Of a stretch of DNA of 64,000 nt, positions 47,095-56,509 are shown in pieces. The DNA is taken from the IMG/VR virus record IMGVR_UViG_2513237094_000001, positions 785 through 64,784 of that record; one strand, 5' to 3'. Numbering within the stretch: position 1 is the stretch's first letter; each line of letters opens with the position of its first letter. The notes under the pieces are model-generated. The model was not told where the DNA came from. It did no database searches and saw only the letters and a list, made by a program, of their open reading frames with translations. This DNA is from a virus. Taxonomy: Duplodnaviria > Caudoviricetes. The position numbers were made by a program, and so were the translations under genes.

Positions 47095-47119
47095 GATTCC
47101 TCATTTGATGGTTGAGATT
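47095..47119. repeat. 25-bp direct repeat copy 2
   Basis: Identical to 45812-45836. Confidence 0.85.
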
Positions 47120-47130
47120 AAGAACGGAAT

Positions 47131-48301
47131 TCAGGCGTCGATAAAAGCTTGTCGGTGTCCGAAGTTGTCGATTAGCTCGGCACGCTTTGCCCGCATGCTC
47201 TGGATATCGTCATAAAGCGCGTGCACCTTGTCCGCGATTACGCCGCAGATGGTCGGGAAGGCTTCAGTTTGCGGGGCCCAATTGATTGAGCACCGCGCGA
47301 CGTTCGGCGAGCAACGCAAGGGCCTGTTGGCGGGCCTTGCTGATATCGTCGCCTAGTTCGGTGTAGCGAATGCCTGCGCTGTTGGCTTCCCTATATTCGC
47401 GCTCATCATCGGCGACCCATTCGGCAAGTTGATCGGCGCGGCGGGCAGACTCAATGGCGCCGTCGTGATCAACGATCGCATAGGACTCCGGATCGCCCTC
47501 GAAAATCTCCTCAAAGCAAACCGCGCACGGGCCGTTGCTGTCGGCGGCGCCGTTGATGCTGTTGTCATAGCCTGGGACGAATTGCGGCTTGCCGTCTTTG
47601 CCGGCCAGCTGAAACACGACGCCGCGAACGGTTTCGTCCTGGTGCTCATCGGTAAACCAGCCTTTGTGCCGCAAGCTGGCGATCTTGTCAGAATAGCCGA
47701 CAAAGCGGAGGCCGGCTGCACGCGGGTTTTCGATCCAACGGACATTCTCGAATGACCGAACCCTGAAAGGCGCATTGCCCCATGCCTGAAGGCCGAGCGG
47801 GTAGCGCGTGCGGCCCGCTTCAATATCTTTGCGGGCGTTAAACAGCGCCATTTCGGCAGTGCGCGTGCTCGCCTGTTGGCGCCAATAGCGATAAGACCAA
47901 ACCAGGCGCGACACGGCCGGGGCTTCCGCGGCGACATAGTACGGAGATTTGAAAGCCTCGCTAATAGGCGAAGCCGCGACAACGCAAAAAGTCTCGCCCT
48001 CATAAAAGAACGTTCCAGCGGGCAACGGCCGAACGTCATATTGATGCGCAGTCTTGGGATTGCCGATACCGCAGGAACGTTCAGCGGCTTCTTTGGTCGC
48101 GAACCCTTCATAGGTCAGAAAGGCTTCGCCATTCGCATAGGCTGCAACGATCTTGGCGCCGTCGGCATAGTCGCCGCTGGTAAGGCTGCCGTCGCCATCG
48201 ATCGTATAAGCTTCGCAGGGATAGACGCGACCCGTTGCGGGTTCGGTCCAAAAGACGCCGAACGCAGCAGCGACACGACGCGCAGTCTTGACTTGGTGCA
48301 T
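47131..48301 (-). CDS. Early protein, probably one gene interrupted by a frameshift near 47270
   Basis: 345-aa ORF stops at 47264; an overlapping frame continues with a helical tail to 47131. Confidence 0.55.
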
Positions 48302-48355
48302 AGTCGACTCCTCGAAAAAATCCGGTCCCCCTTCATACGCCGCAACGGCATAATG

Positions 48356-48370
48356 TCAACTGCGAGTTGA
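48356..48370. promoter_or_regulatory. Operator overlapping divergent TTGACA -35 boxes
   Basis: TGTCAACTGCGAGTTGACA perfect dyad. Confidence 0.7.
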
Positions 48371-48900
48371 CAAAATACCTAACCGTTTTTCGAGGTTTCT
48401 TAGAGCTCGCCAACAGCTCGAGTTGCGGCAACAGCAGGCCTTGTGATCGGATGGACTCGAGCGGCCGATCGTGTGCAGCGCCGGCGCATGGTCAAAGCGA
48501 GCTCGCCCTGCAGGCCCTTGCGCCTAGTCGAGATCCCCGAAACGAGAATCACCTTTGCCGTGAGAACGGGCGTTCCTGGTGAAGGCCCTTGCACGTGGTC
48601 GCAGTGGCAGGGTGGCCGCTCAATCGAGATGCAGGGCAGGCCGACTAGCGGGGCTCGCCTATGCGTTAATGCGTGGCCGGCCCTGCCTTGCCCCAAAAGG
48701 TCTATGGGCGGGGCTGCTAGCGGGCCTCTCGCCTGCCCCGCTCTGCCTGGTCACGTGTGCAGTGCACTAGCATAGCCGGGCTCTACCAGCGTGCGGACAA
48801 CATGAGATCATGCATGTGCATAGTCTCATTGGGTATCGATGCATTGCGAACAACCTACCTCATGACAGTCTAAGTCAGTGTCATCGGGTATCAGGTTGGC

Positions 48901-48950
48901 TACGGGTCCCTCCTCAGGCTGTCTCGTGCCGCGGGGGGCGCAGAGCCCGG
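48901..48950 (+). other. Candidate cos packaging site (cosQ/cosN-like)
   Basis: TACGGGTCC, then a G-rich 12-mer 30 nt after GGGTCC, the same spacing as lambda cosQ-cosN. Confidence 0.5.
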
Positions 48951-49086
48951 GATCGGGGGAGTTTTGACATTTTTGATATAGCACACCGGCGATTTCATCG
49001 GAAACTTCAGCCTGCTGTCTCACAGCGTCTCGATTACCGAAGAACATCAAGATTGCGAACTGAGCCAGATTGAGACGACCGCCCCG

Positions 49087-49405
49087 TGGTCACAGTCGGC
49101 CACAGCTAAATCTCGACCTTTATGCCACTGTGACCGGCTGCAAAGGATTGTTTTTATTGTATAATTTATATCTGGTCAAAGTGGTCATGGTGGTCATGGC
49201 ACATCCTCCGTATATGCGCGCGCTCATGGAAGGCATCGATCAGTGAATTTTGTGTCTGCGCATCTTTGGTCGATTTGCCGGTGCTTTTCCCTGACCACTG
49301 TGACCAGCAGAGCATTTCGATGGATTTACAGCTAGTTGGACCGGTCATAGTGGTGAAATTCCACCATGACCGGTCATAGGTAGAAGGGTGACCACGGCCA
49401 CTCTG
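49087..49405. repeat. Iteron-like repeats and AT-rich core: candidate replication origin
   Basis: Roughly a dozen YGGTCAYRG-type 9-mers in both orientations around TTGTTTTTATTGTATAATTTATAT, near the primase 3' end. Confidence 0.7.
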
Positions 49406-49487
49406 GCGGCAAGCTAAGGTCGGAAGACGAAGTTTGACGGCGCTAGCGCCCCGAAGATGATCATCGACAAATTGAGCGGAGCAAATA

Positions 49488-50270
49488 TTGTCGCGCGAAA
49501 CGTTAATCAACCCACCTCGGCTCATCAACGTCGATCAGCGTGTCAAGTACGGTGCGGTGCAGGCCCTCACAGGCATGGCTGAGACAGCCTTAGCTGATCT
49601 TGAGCAGTTAGCTTCCCAGATGATCGGCGAAAGCAATGACTCCACTCGGGACTTGGTCAATCATCATCGCGCGTTGATGTTAGCCTGGAGCATTGTCGAC
49701 CAAGCAGATCTTCTCCGCCATCTAATTGCATCAGAAGGAAACAAAATAGACCTTCCGGAGAAAACGCAGTTTCTGGCCGCTGCTAGTGACGTGCAAAAGG
49801 TTCGAAACTGGATGCGGCATATTCCACAGCGAATAGACGCATTTAAAGCCATGAAAGAGCCTATGCCGCCAATCCTTGGTGCGCTTTCATTTGCGACCGT
49901 GGTTAGGGCGAGTATCGATTTAAAGGCCGGAGCGTGCGTAGATGACCGTCATGTTCTTGAGTACCATGCGGTCATACTCATCAATACGGCGCTAGAACGT
50001 TCGGTGCAGTTGAAGGGCGCGCCGATGCCATTCAGACAGTTCCGGATTCCTGTTGACCATTTCGTGCTGCAAGCCTTTGGCGTTTTGCTGCCTCTCGGCG
50101 ATATCGTGGCGCTGATGAGTAAATTTTGCGACGCATTGGCAGCGGGAGTGGACAGGTGGCTTGATGAGCAGCGCGCCGAAATGAGCGCAAGCGCTACCGA
50201 TGTGTCAGAAATGTTCGACCCACAATTCGGCCCCGGTCACATTTATCGAATGATAGCAAAGCGGGACTAG
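49488..50270 (+). CDS. Hypothetical moron with HEPN-like RxxxxH motif
   Basis: Helical N-terminal half with VRNWMRH; opposite strand to its neighbours. Confidence 0.55.
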   Translation: MSRETLINPPRLINVDQRVKYGAVQALTGMAETALADLEQLASQMIGESNDSTRDLVNHHRALMLAWSIVDQADLLRHLIASEGNKIDLPEKTQFLAAASDVQKVRNWMRHIPQRIDAFKAMKEPMPPILGALSFATVVRASIDLKAGACVDDRHVLEYHAVILINTALERSVQLKGAPMPFRQFRIPVDHFVLQAFGVLLPLGDIVALMSKFCDALAAGVDRWLDEQRAEMSASATDVSEMFDPQFGPGHIYRMIAKRD

Positions 50271-50367
50271 GGCGCTCCGGTGCGTTGGCGGGAGAGAGCC
50301 AGAGTCATCGCGCCTGCTAAACTCAGGCATCCGGTTTGGCGGAACTCTCTGCACAACGTATCGTGGC

Positions 50368-52761
50368 TTAGCCGAGCAAGTCGTCAGTTTCGCTGAACTC
50401 GGAAGCCCAGTCGACTTCGCAGCCTAACATCTTTTCGAACTCTGCGCGACACTTCGAGAGGCACGGAATTACATAGAAGAGCTGCCTTTTTCCGTCTGAT
50501 CGAGGCCTGATTTTGGCGATCGAGGGAAAAATCTGATGCACGCGAGTTCCAAAACGTGCAGCGTTGAGCGGATCGCCCTGATATCGACGTCGCCTCAGCC
50601 AATCTTCGTAATTCAGGCGGAAATCGTCTGTGGAAACCTTGATTGGTGCTTCGTCCCACGACAGTTCGACGTCCTCGAACATGGGGTCGCCCGGCGCGCG
50701 GCCGGATGACAGGACCTCAAATAGCCATTGCTCTACGCCGCGGAGCGAGGCAAGCTTCTGGTCGCGCAAGCCAGTGGTCATCGGTGGGTTGCGCACGTCG
50801 AAGCCGGTCAGGTCGAGCGACAGCAGATGGTGCAGCAGCGCGGCGCGCCCGCCGTTGTGCATCTCGTCGCGGAGCTTGGCGAAGTAAACGGTGTCTTTCG
50901 CCCTGGTATCGGCCACGTTGAGCACGCAGAAGCGGCGCTCATCGAACGTCGCCGGCACGACCCAATCTTCGTTCGAGCTGATCATGATGCGTAGCACCGA
51001 CGCGACCTGAAATGCGTTGATGCCTTTGCTCTCGATCATCACCTGTTCGGACGTGATGACGTGCTTAAGCTGCCCCTCGGCCTTCTTGTCGCCGGCCCAA
51101 AAGCCTTCTTCGACGTGCAGCAGCAGCGTCTTTTCCTGGTGAGCGTTGAAGCGGCCGACCAGATGCTCGGGGTTGGAGATTTTCGTGTGATGCGACGGGA
51201 ACAGGCCACCGACGTAATCGCCGATCGTGTCCTTGCCGGCACCCTTGCGGCCTCGCAGCACGAGCGCGGTACCAGGCTTCTCCCACGGCCGCTGAATCAT
51301 GTGCGCAAGCCAGCGGATCACCCATTGATAGGCGGTCTCGTCGCCGGCACAGACGTTCTCGCGCAGGTGGTCGAGGAAGCGCGCGCACGATGACGATGGA
51401 TCGGGCTCGACGGCAAAACCTTGCCAGTGGTTGTAGGCTCCTTCGGGTCCGCCCTGCGGTGCGAAGACGATACCATTCGGATAGCTGCGGCGTGCCTTGT
51501 GGCGCATCCACGCTTTCGTCACCGGCTCGGTGGACTTCTCGGTGGCGACGCGATCGTTCTCGTAGAAATTATAGAGGTCGTGCACCGAGCCGTAGGACGT
51601 CGTGCCATCATGCTCAAACGTCAGGATCACGGTTTTGCCTTTGACCGCCGCGCAGGCATAGCGCTTGTTCAGCTTCGCGATCCGCTTCGGAACGTGGCCG
51701 AGATCGTGATGCACTTCAGCTTGTTTTAGCTTGCGCACGCGCTCCGGCTGCTCGCCCGCGGTGTCATCGGCGCCGAGCAGATTGTCTACGTCATCAGAGA
51801 TGGGATCGGTTTCGCCGAGGGCAGCGCCATCGTCGTCATCGTCGCCGAGATCGTCGAAGGCGCTCATCAACCGCACTTCTTTTGCGGCCGATAGGAGCGT
51901 CGCCATGCGAACCGGCTTGCCCGATTGGCGGAATGATCGCCAAACTCGCCGTTGATCTTCCGGATCGTACTTGTCAGAGGCAGCGGAGAACTCAACCCAG
52001 AGCTTGAAGCCTTCTTTGCTGCCGCTGAACTCGTGATGCAGCGCCATGCCGACCTGCAACCACCCATCGCGGTCCTCGCGCCAGGTGTCGGTGGGCAGAT
52101 CGGCGAGAATATCCTTCGCATCGGCGACGGAAAGGCCGAGCGGATTGGTCCGGACGTCGGTTTCGTCGCGGCTCGGCGGCTCCCAGGACGCGACTCGAGC
52201 GGCGGAAATGACGGGGCCGACGCCGAGCTCGACGAGATCCGCGGGCCACTCACGCTCCCATTTGTACCGCTTGCCGGTGTCCGGATGGACCGACGGTGGC
52301 ACGACGACTTGCTTGCCGGTGCCAAACCGCTCGATTTCCCATGCCCAATGGCTCTTTTTGTCCTTCCCGATAATTTTTTCCGACGAATGCCGCAGCTTTT
52401 TCGAAGGAAATGGTCGTTCGGTCAGGAAATACAGGTGGCGACTCTCACCGAGCGATCCGGAGATGACGGATGGCAGTGAGCGCGCTTCGGGAATCAATTC
52501 GAGCAGCGCGGCCCTGGCCTCATCGGTCTTGTCGGCGTCGCGGATGTCGAGATCGATGCAATGCAGATAGAGATCGTGAAGAAACGACGGCTCGCCGAGG
52601 CGCACACCGAGGTTATACCCTTCGCGATAGGTCTTCTTGAGGGTGGCGAGTGAAGCGACGCGCTCTGTCGACCAGCTATCGTTGACCGGCGCCTTGGAGC
52701 GCGGTCGCAGCCAATGTAGAGCGAACCCCCAACTCGACAGCCGTTCGGCTTGGTCGAGCAC
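50368..52761 (-). CDS. Bifunctional primase-polymerase / PriCT-2 / SF3 helicase
   Basis: CIDLD, HLYF, WLQVGMALHHE, GRKGAGKDT Walker A, LLHVEEG. Confidence 0.92.
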   Translation of the reverse strand: MLDQAERLSSWGFALHWLRPRSKAPVNDSWSTERVASLATLKKTYREGYNLGVRLGEPSFLHDLYLHCIDLDIRDADKTDEARAALLELIPEARSLPSVISGSLGESRHLYFLTERPFPSKKLRHSSEKIIGKDKKSHWAWEIERFGTGKQVVVPPSVHPDTGKRYKWEREWPADLVELGVGPVISAARVASWEPPSRDETDVRTNPLGLSVADAKDILADLPTDTWREDRDGWLQVGMALHHEFSGSKEGFKLWVEFSAASDKYDPEDQRRVWRSFRQSGKPVRMATLLSAAKEVRLMSAFDDLGDDDDDGAALGETDPISDDVDNLLGADDTAGEQPERVRKLKQAEVHHDLGHVPKRIAKLNKRYACAAVKGKTVILTFEHDGTTSYGSVHDLYNFYENDRVATEKSTEPVTKAWMRHKARRSYPNGIVFAPQGGPEGAYNHWQGFAVEPDPSSSCARFLDHLRENVCAGDETAYQWVIRWLAHMIQRPWEKPGTALVLRGRKGAGKDTIGDYVGGLFPSHHTKISNPEHLVGRFNAHQEKTLLLHVEEGFWAGDKKAEGQLKHVITSEQVMIESKGINAFQVASVLRIMISSNEDWVVPATFDERRFCVLNVADTRAKDTVYFAKLRDEMHNGGRAALLHHLLSLDLTGFDVRNPPMTTGLRDQKLASLRGVEQWLFEVLSSGRAPGDPMFEDVELSWDEAPIKVSTDDFRLNYEDWLRRRRYQGDPLNAARFGTRVHQIFPSIAKIRPRSDGKRQLFYVIPCLSKCRAEFEKMLGCEVDWASEFSETDDLLG

Positions 52762-52770
52762 GCGACAACC

Positions 52771-53073
52771 TTATTTCTTGAAGACGAACGGATAGAATTC
52801 TTCGATCGAGACGCGACCGCGCGCCTTTTCCACAACAAGCATCGCCAGCGCCGGCACACAGCGATTCGTGCGGACGGGTTTGCAGATGCCCTCGTGCGTG
52901 TAGCCGAGCTTCTCGGCGACCGCGCGCAGGTCGAGCATCTTCTGCCCGTTCTTGCGCACCAGATGAGGGAAGGCTTTTTTCAGCACGTCATAGAGCGGAC
53001 CGCGCGAATATTCGCCGGTCTCCGGGTCTAGCGTGACGATCGCCACCAGCCCGCCCTTCTTAGGTTTAGACAT
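52771..53073 (-). CDS. Cro-like HTH regulator
   Basis: LRAVAEKLGYTHEGICKPV HTH; first gene left of the divergent promoter. Confidence 0.7.
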   Translation of the reverse strand: MSKPKKGGLVAIVTLDPETGEYSRGPLYDVLKKAFPHLVRKNGQKMLDLRAVAEKLGYTHEGICKPVRTNRCVPALAMLVVEKARGRVSIEEFYPFVFKK

Positions 53074-53143
53074 TCCCGACTCCTCGATAATGCGTGAGAC
53101 GCTAGTTGAACCAAGCCGCGAGAGTCAACCTCGATATTTTTTC

Positions 53144-53158
53144 TCATCTGTTAGTTGA
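53144..53158. promoter_or_regulatory. Operator overlapping the -35 (TTGACA) of the rightward early promoter
   Basis: TCATCTGTTAGTTGA(CA). Confidence 0.6.
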
Positions 53159-53222
53159 CATTGCGTATGAGGCCGTGATTTTGTTGTCTCACTGCAAATC
53201 ACCCATTCCGGAGAAACGGTGC

Positions 53223-53672
53223 ATGTCCCTTGAGGCAGCGATCAAAGAACTCAACGAAAATATTGTGAAGAACAACGCCCTGCTCGCCGCGGCCAACGCG
53301 CGCGGCGACAAGGCTCTCGCGACGATCGCGGGCGGCAAACCCGACAAGGACGCGAAGCCGCCGAAGGACGCGAAGCCGCCCAAGGAGACCGCCAAGGAAA
53401 CGAGCGGCGACGAGATCCCCGAGGACAAGTTCAACGCGGCCCTCGCAAAGTTCCTCGGCACCGACGACGAGAAGCTGCTTGCCACGCGCAAGGCCTTCTT
53501 CAAGTCGGTCCTCGCCAAGGTCGACGCCGCCAACGCGAAGAAGATCGCGGCTTCCGATCGCGCCCAGGTCATCGAATGGGTCAAGGCGAGCATCAAGGAC
53601 CCCGACTTCGCCATTTCCTCGGACGATGCCGGCGAGGCCGAAGGCGAGGAAGAAGACGATCTCTTGTCCTAA
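53223..53672 (+). CDS. Hypothetical replication-module protein ending EDDLLS
   Basis: GGAG RBS; DAKPPK repeats; acidic tail. Confidence 0.75.
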   Translation: MSLEAAIKELNENIVKNNALLAAANARGDKALATIAGGKPDKDAKPPKDAKPPKETAKETSGDEIPEDKFNAALAKFLGTDDEKLLATRKAFFKSVLAKVDAANAKKIAASDRAQVIEWVKASIKDPDFAISSDDAGEAEGEEEDDLLS

Positions 53673-53675
53673 GTC

Positions 53676-53690
53676 TCAACTGTTTGTTGA
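53676..53690. promoter_or_regulatory. Putative operator
   Basis: TCTCAAC-TGTTT-GTTGAGA dyad. Confidence 0.65.
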
Positions 53691-53720
53691 GATCGAACGG
53701 TTCCCCGGCTCAGCCCGGGG

Positions 53721-53820
53721 GACTTTTCGGCGGAAGGTCGGAAGCCAAATGCGCAGCACGCCGGTCCAGCCCCGGGCGAGCGCCGACAGTAGCGACGGGC
53801 CGACCTTCCACCGAAGAGTC
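53721..53820 (+). ncRNA. Long-stem intergenic RNA structure
   Basis: 21-bp stem with G-U pairs enclosing a 58-nt structured loop. Confidence 0.45.
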
Positions 53821-53836
53821 GTAGGGAGACGATAGA

Positions 53837-54094
53837 ATGAGACGCATTCTCAGCCTCGGCAGCGGTTTAGGCCTCGCGGCAGCGGCGGCAATGACCGGCG
53901 CGGGCCGCATTACAGACGATGTCGTGACGTCGACTATCGATCCGAAGGAGCGACCGTTGAGCCGTCCGGCGCCGAAGCCGCGGCCCTCGCGCTTGCCGCG
54001 CCCCGGCCTGAACCGCTCCCGCAACTGGCGTTATGCCCGCACCTACGCAGAAGCCCGCGCCAAGTCGCCCTTTCCAGATCGTCCGGTGCGCTGA
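53837..54094 (+). CDS. Hypothetical protein
   Basis: GGGAG RBS; coupled to the next gene. Confidence 0.55.
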   Translation: MRRILSLGSGLGLAAAAAMTGAGRITDDVVTSTIDPKERPLSRPAPKPRPSRLPRPGLNRSRNWRYARTYAEARAKSPFPDRPVR

Positions 54095-54498
54095 TGGCAG
54101 CGCGCGGGGAATTCTGGATCGTCGAGTACGCTGGCGAGGTCAATGTCGCCAAGTGCACCGGCGCCGATGGGCAGAACTGGCGGGTGCTCGGTTTCAAAGA
54201 GCACGTTGGCGGCAAGACGCCCGGCTTCCGTGCTGTCCGAAAGCTCGACATCGGTGCCCTGCTCGACGCACCGGCTCCGACTGAGCCGACCGACATCAAG
54301 CGGCTCACCGATAGACAGATCCTCGAGCTCACGCTTGCGACGACCCCGTTCGCCGAGGCCAGGCGTCAGGTGAACTATGGCATCGCGACGATGGAGCAGG
54401 CCTGCGAGCAGAAGGTCAAGCCAGACGTCTATCGCATGCGCCGCATGGAATTCGAGACCACCCAGAAGGTCGCGAAAGCCCTGGGAGTGATCGTCTGA
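54094..54498 (+). CDS. Hypothetical protein
   Basis: Coupled operon gene. Confidence 0.65.
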   Translation: MAARGEFWIVEYAGEVNVAKCTGADGQNWRVLGFKEHVGGKTPGFRAVRKLDIGALLDAPAPTEPTDIKRLTDRQILELTLATTPFAEARRQVNYGIATMEQACEQKVKPDVYRMRRMEFETTQKVAKALGVIV

Positions 54499-54722
54499 TG
54501 GCACGGATCAGCGTCAAGAAAGACCCCGCGCAGCCCGAGCGCAAGGAAGTTCTAGCCGAGGCCATCGTTCGGATCGGCGAAGCCCTTGAGTCGCTCAAGA
54601 AGTCGGGCCTCAACGAGCACGCGATCGTCGTGCTGCTCCATCACGAAACCAAGATTTCGATGCGCGACATCCGCGTGGTGTTCGCCGGCTTGCGCCAGTT
54701 GCGCGGGCGGTACTGCCGATAG
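54498..54722 (+). CDS. Hypothetical protein
   Basis: Coupled operon gene. Confidence 0.65.
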   Translation: MARISVKKDPAQPERKEVLAEAIVRIGEALESLKKSGLNEHAIVVLLHHETKISMRDIRVVFAGLRQLRGRYCR

Positions 54723-54727
54723 CAGCG

Positions 54728-54964
54728 ATGACGCCAAAACAGCACTACGACGCACGTCAACAACTGAAGAAGGAGCTTCGCATGGCAATGGAACAGAAAT
54801 ACCAGGAACGCGCGGAACGGGAGGCAAAATTCGACGCCCTCGCTGATCGCGGCATCCTAGTCATCGGCGCGCTGCTCAGCGGCAAGGCAGCCATTGTCGT
54901 CTCCGGATCGGCGAGCAGCCACGACAACCCGCTCTCGATCCGCATCAAACTCGACGGTGAATAG
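54728..54964 (+). CDS. Hypothetical protein
   Basis: Operon gene. Confidence 0.6.
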   Translation: MTPKQHYDARQQLKKELRMAMEQKYQERAEREAKFDALADRGILVIGALLSGKAAIVVSGSASSHDNPLSIRIKLDGE

Positions 54965-54969
54965 AAATT

Positions 54970-55078
54970 AGGCGCCGGGGGCAACGCAGGAGCCGTGGCC
55001 GGAGCGAGCAGCACAACCTGTACCGGATATCACTGGCTGAATACAGGCAGCTAGAGCGGTATGCGACCCCCGTCGCCT
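54970..55078 (+). ncRNA. Intergenic multi-stem RNA structure
   Basis: AGGCG-C-CGGGGG/CCCCCG-T-CGCCT stem with an internal CCTGTA/TACAGG hairpin. Confidence 0.4.
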
Positions 55079-55089
55079 GAGAGATTAAA

Positions 55090-55281
55090 GTGAACGCGCA
55101 ATGGAAGAAGCAACTATCGAAGCTCGAACGGCTGATGCGCGAGCTGCGCGAAGTCGAAACCGCGGCTTCGGAGTTGCTGGCGCGCGAGGAATGCAAGAAC
55201 GGCGTCGCGATTGCCAAGGCCCGCAGTCGGATTCGGGATGCGGCTCTGCTCGTGCAGTCGTCCATTGAGGAAAGCAAATGA
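55090..55281 (+). CDS. Small coiled-coil protein
   Basis: ATGA-coupled to DUF2800. Confidence 0.6.
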   Translation: MNAQWKKQLSKLERLMRELREVETAASELLAREECKNGVAIAKARSRIRDAALLVQSSIEESK

Positions 55282-56489
55282 GCGAGGGTCATTCCGAACA
55301 CGCACCATCGGGCGCCGACTCGTGGATGGTCTGCCACGGCTATATCAACGCCACCCGCGGATTGCCTGACAAGACGACCATCTACGCGGCCGAAGGCACT
55401 TGCGCTCACACGATCCATGAGACCTGCCTGCTGCTTGGCTGCGATCCCGACATCTTCCTCGGTCGCAAGATGTCAGCTGACGGGTTCGATTTCGAGGTCA
55501 AGCCCGAATGGATTCGCGCCCTTCAACCTGGTATCGATCGCGTCCGTGAATTCGCCGGCAAGATGTTCGTCGAGTATCGCGTCGACACGACGAGGTGGGT
55601 CGGTCTCGATCGTAAAGGTCGTCGCCAGGGCGGCACGCTCGACACCGGTATCGTCGGCAAGAAGCTGATCGTCATCAAGGATCTCAAATTCGGCGCCGGC
55701 GTCCCCGTCTCGCCGAAGCGCAATCGTCAGATGATGATCTATGCGCTCGGGTTCTGGGACAACGTCGCACGCCATCTGACCGATGCCACGAATTTCCTGC
55801 TCATCGTCGATCAGCCGCGCTGCGCAGGCGGTGGCGGCGAGTGGGAATGCACCCTTGAGGAGCTGCTTGAATTTGGCGAGGAAGTGAAGGCGGCCGCCGA
55901 AGCGACCCGCGATCCGAACGCACCTCGCACCGCCTCCGAAAAGGGGTGCTACTTCTGCCCGGCCGCGAAGACCGGCTGCGACGAATACGACCGCTTCCAG
56001 CTCGACATCATCAGCCAACAATTCGATGATCTCGACGCCGAGCTTGACGATAAGCCGGATCTGCCACGTCGGCTCACACCTGAGCGTCGCAGCTACGTGG
56101 TCCGGCACGCCAGCATGTTTACGAAGTGGCTTCAGCAGCTCCACACCGACTGCCTTGCTGATGCCCTGGCAGGCGATCCCACACCAGGGCTCAAAGCTGT
56201 AACAGGCCGCAAGGGCGATCGCCGCTGGATCGACCCGACGGTTGCAGAGGGTTTCCTTCTGAAGCGGCTTTCGCGTGAGAAGGCTTTCACCTCCAAGTTG
56301 ATATCCGCACCGCAGGCCGAGAATTTGCTGTCCACGAAGGATTGGGGCGCTGCGAAGAAGCTGATCACCCAGGACGACGGCAAACCCATGCTCGTCCCTG
56401 ACACCGATGAGCGGGAGGCGATTACGCCGACCGCCGATCTGTTCGACGACCTCGACGATGTCGGCGAAACGAGCGATCTGCTCGGCTAA
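55278..56489 (+). CDS. DUF2800 Cas4-like PD-(D/E)XK exonuclease
   Basis: HSEHAPSGA..AAEGTCAH..GTLD..IKDLKFGAG..QMMIYALG..CYFC. Confidence 0.9.
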   Translation: MSEGHSEHAPSGADSWMVCHGYINATRGLPDKTTIYAAEGTCAHTIHETCLLLGCDPDIFLGRKMSADGFDFEVKPEWIRALQPGIDRVREFAGKMFVEYRVDTTRWVGLDRKGRRQGGTLDTGIVGKKLIVIKDLKFGAGVPVSPKRNRQMMIYALGFWDNVARHLTDATNFLLIVDQPRCAGGGGEWECTLEELLEFGEEVKAAAEATRDPNAPRTASEKGCYFCPAAKTGCDEYDRFQLDIISQQFDDLDAELDDKPDLPRRLTPERRSYVVRHASMFTKWLQQLHTDCLADALAGDPTPGLKAVTGRKGDRRWIDPTVAEGFLLKRLSREKAFTSKLISAPQAENLLSTKDWGAAKKLITQDDGKPMLVPDTDEREAITPTADLFDDLDDVGETSDLLG

Positions 56490-56509
56490 ATATGAAAGGT
56501 ATGGCCCCT

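Noticed and set aside
48367-48830. Short ORFs and two GC-rich near-repeats (about 48633-48660 and 48707-48735) left of the cos candidate
   Set aside because: No RBS, motif or coupling supports the ORFs; the repeats are too degenerate to call, though they could be terminase-binding sites
53742-53799. Twister ribozyme call
   Set aside because: Only partial resemblance; conserved UAA and GAG elements and loop length do not match, so it is kept only as an unassigned structure
55278-56489. Cas4-like nuclease as evidence of a CRISPR system
   Set aside because: DUF2800 is a standard phage replication/recombination nuclease; no repeat-spacer array or other cas gene was seen
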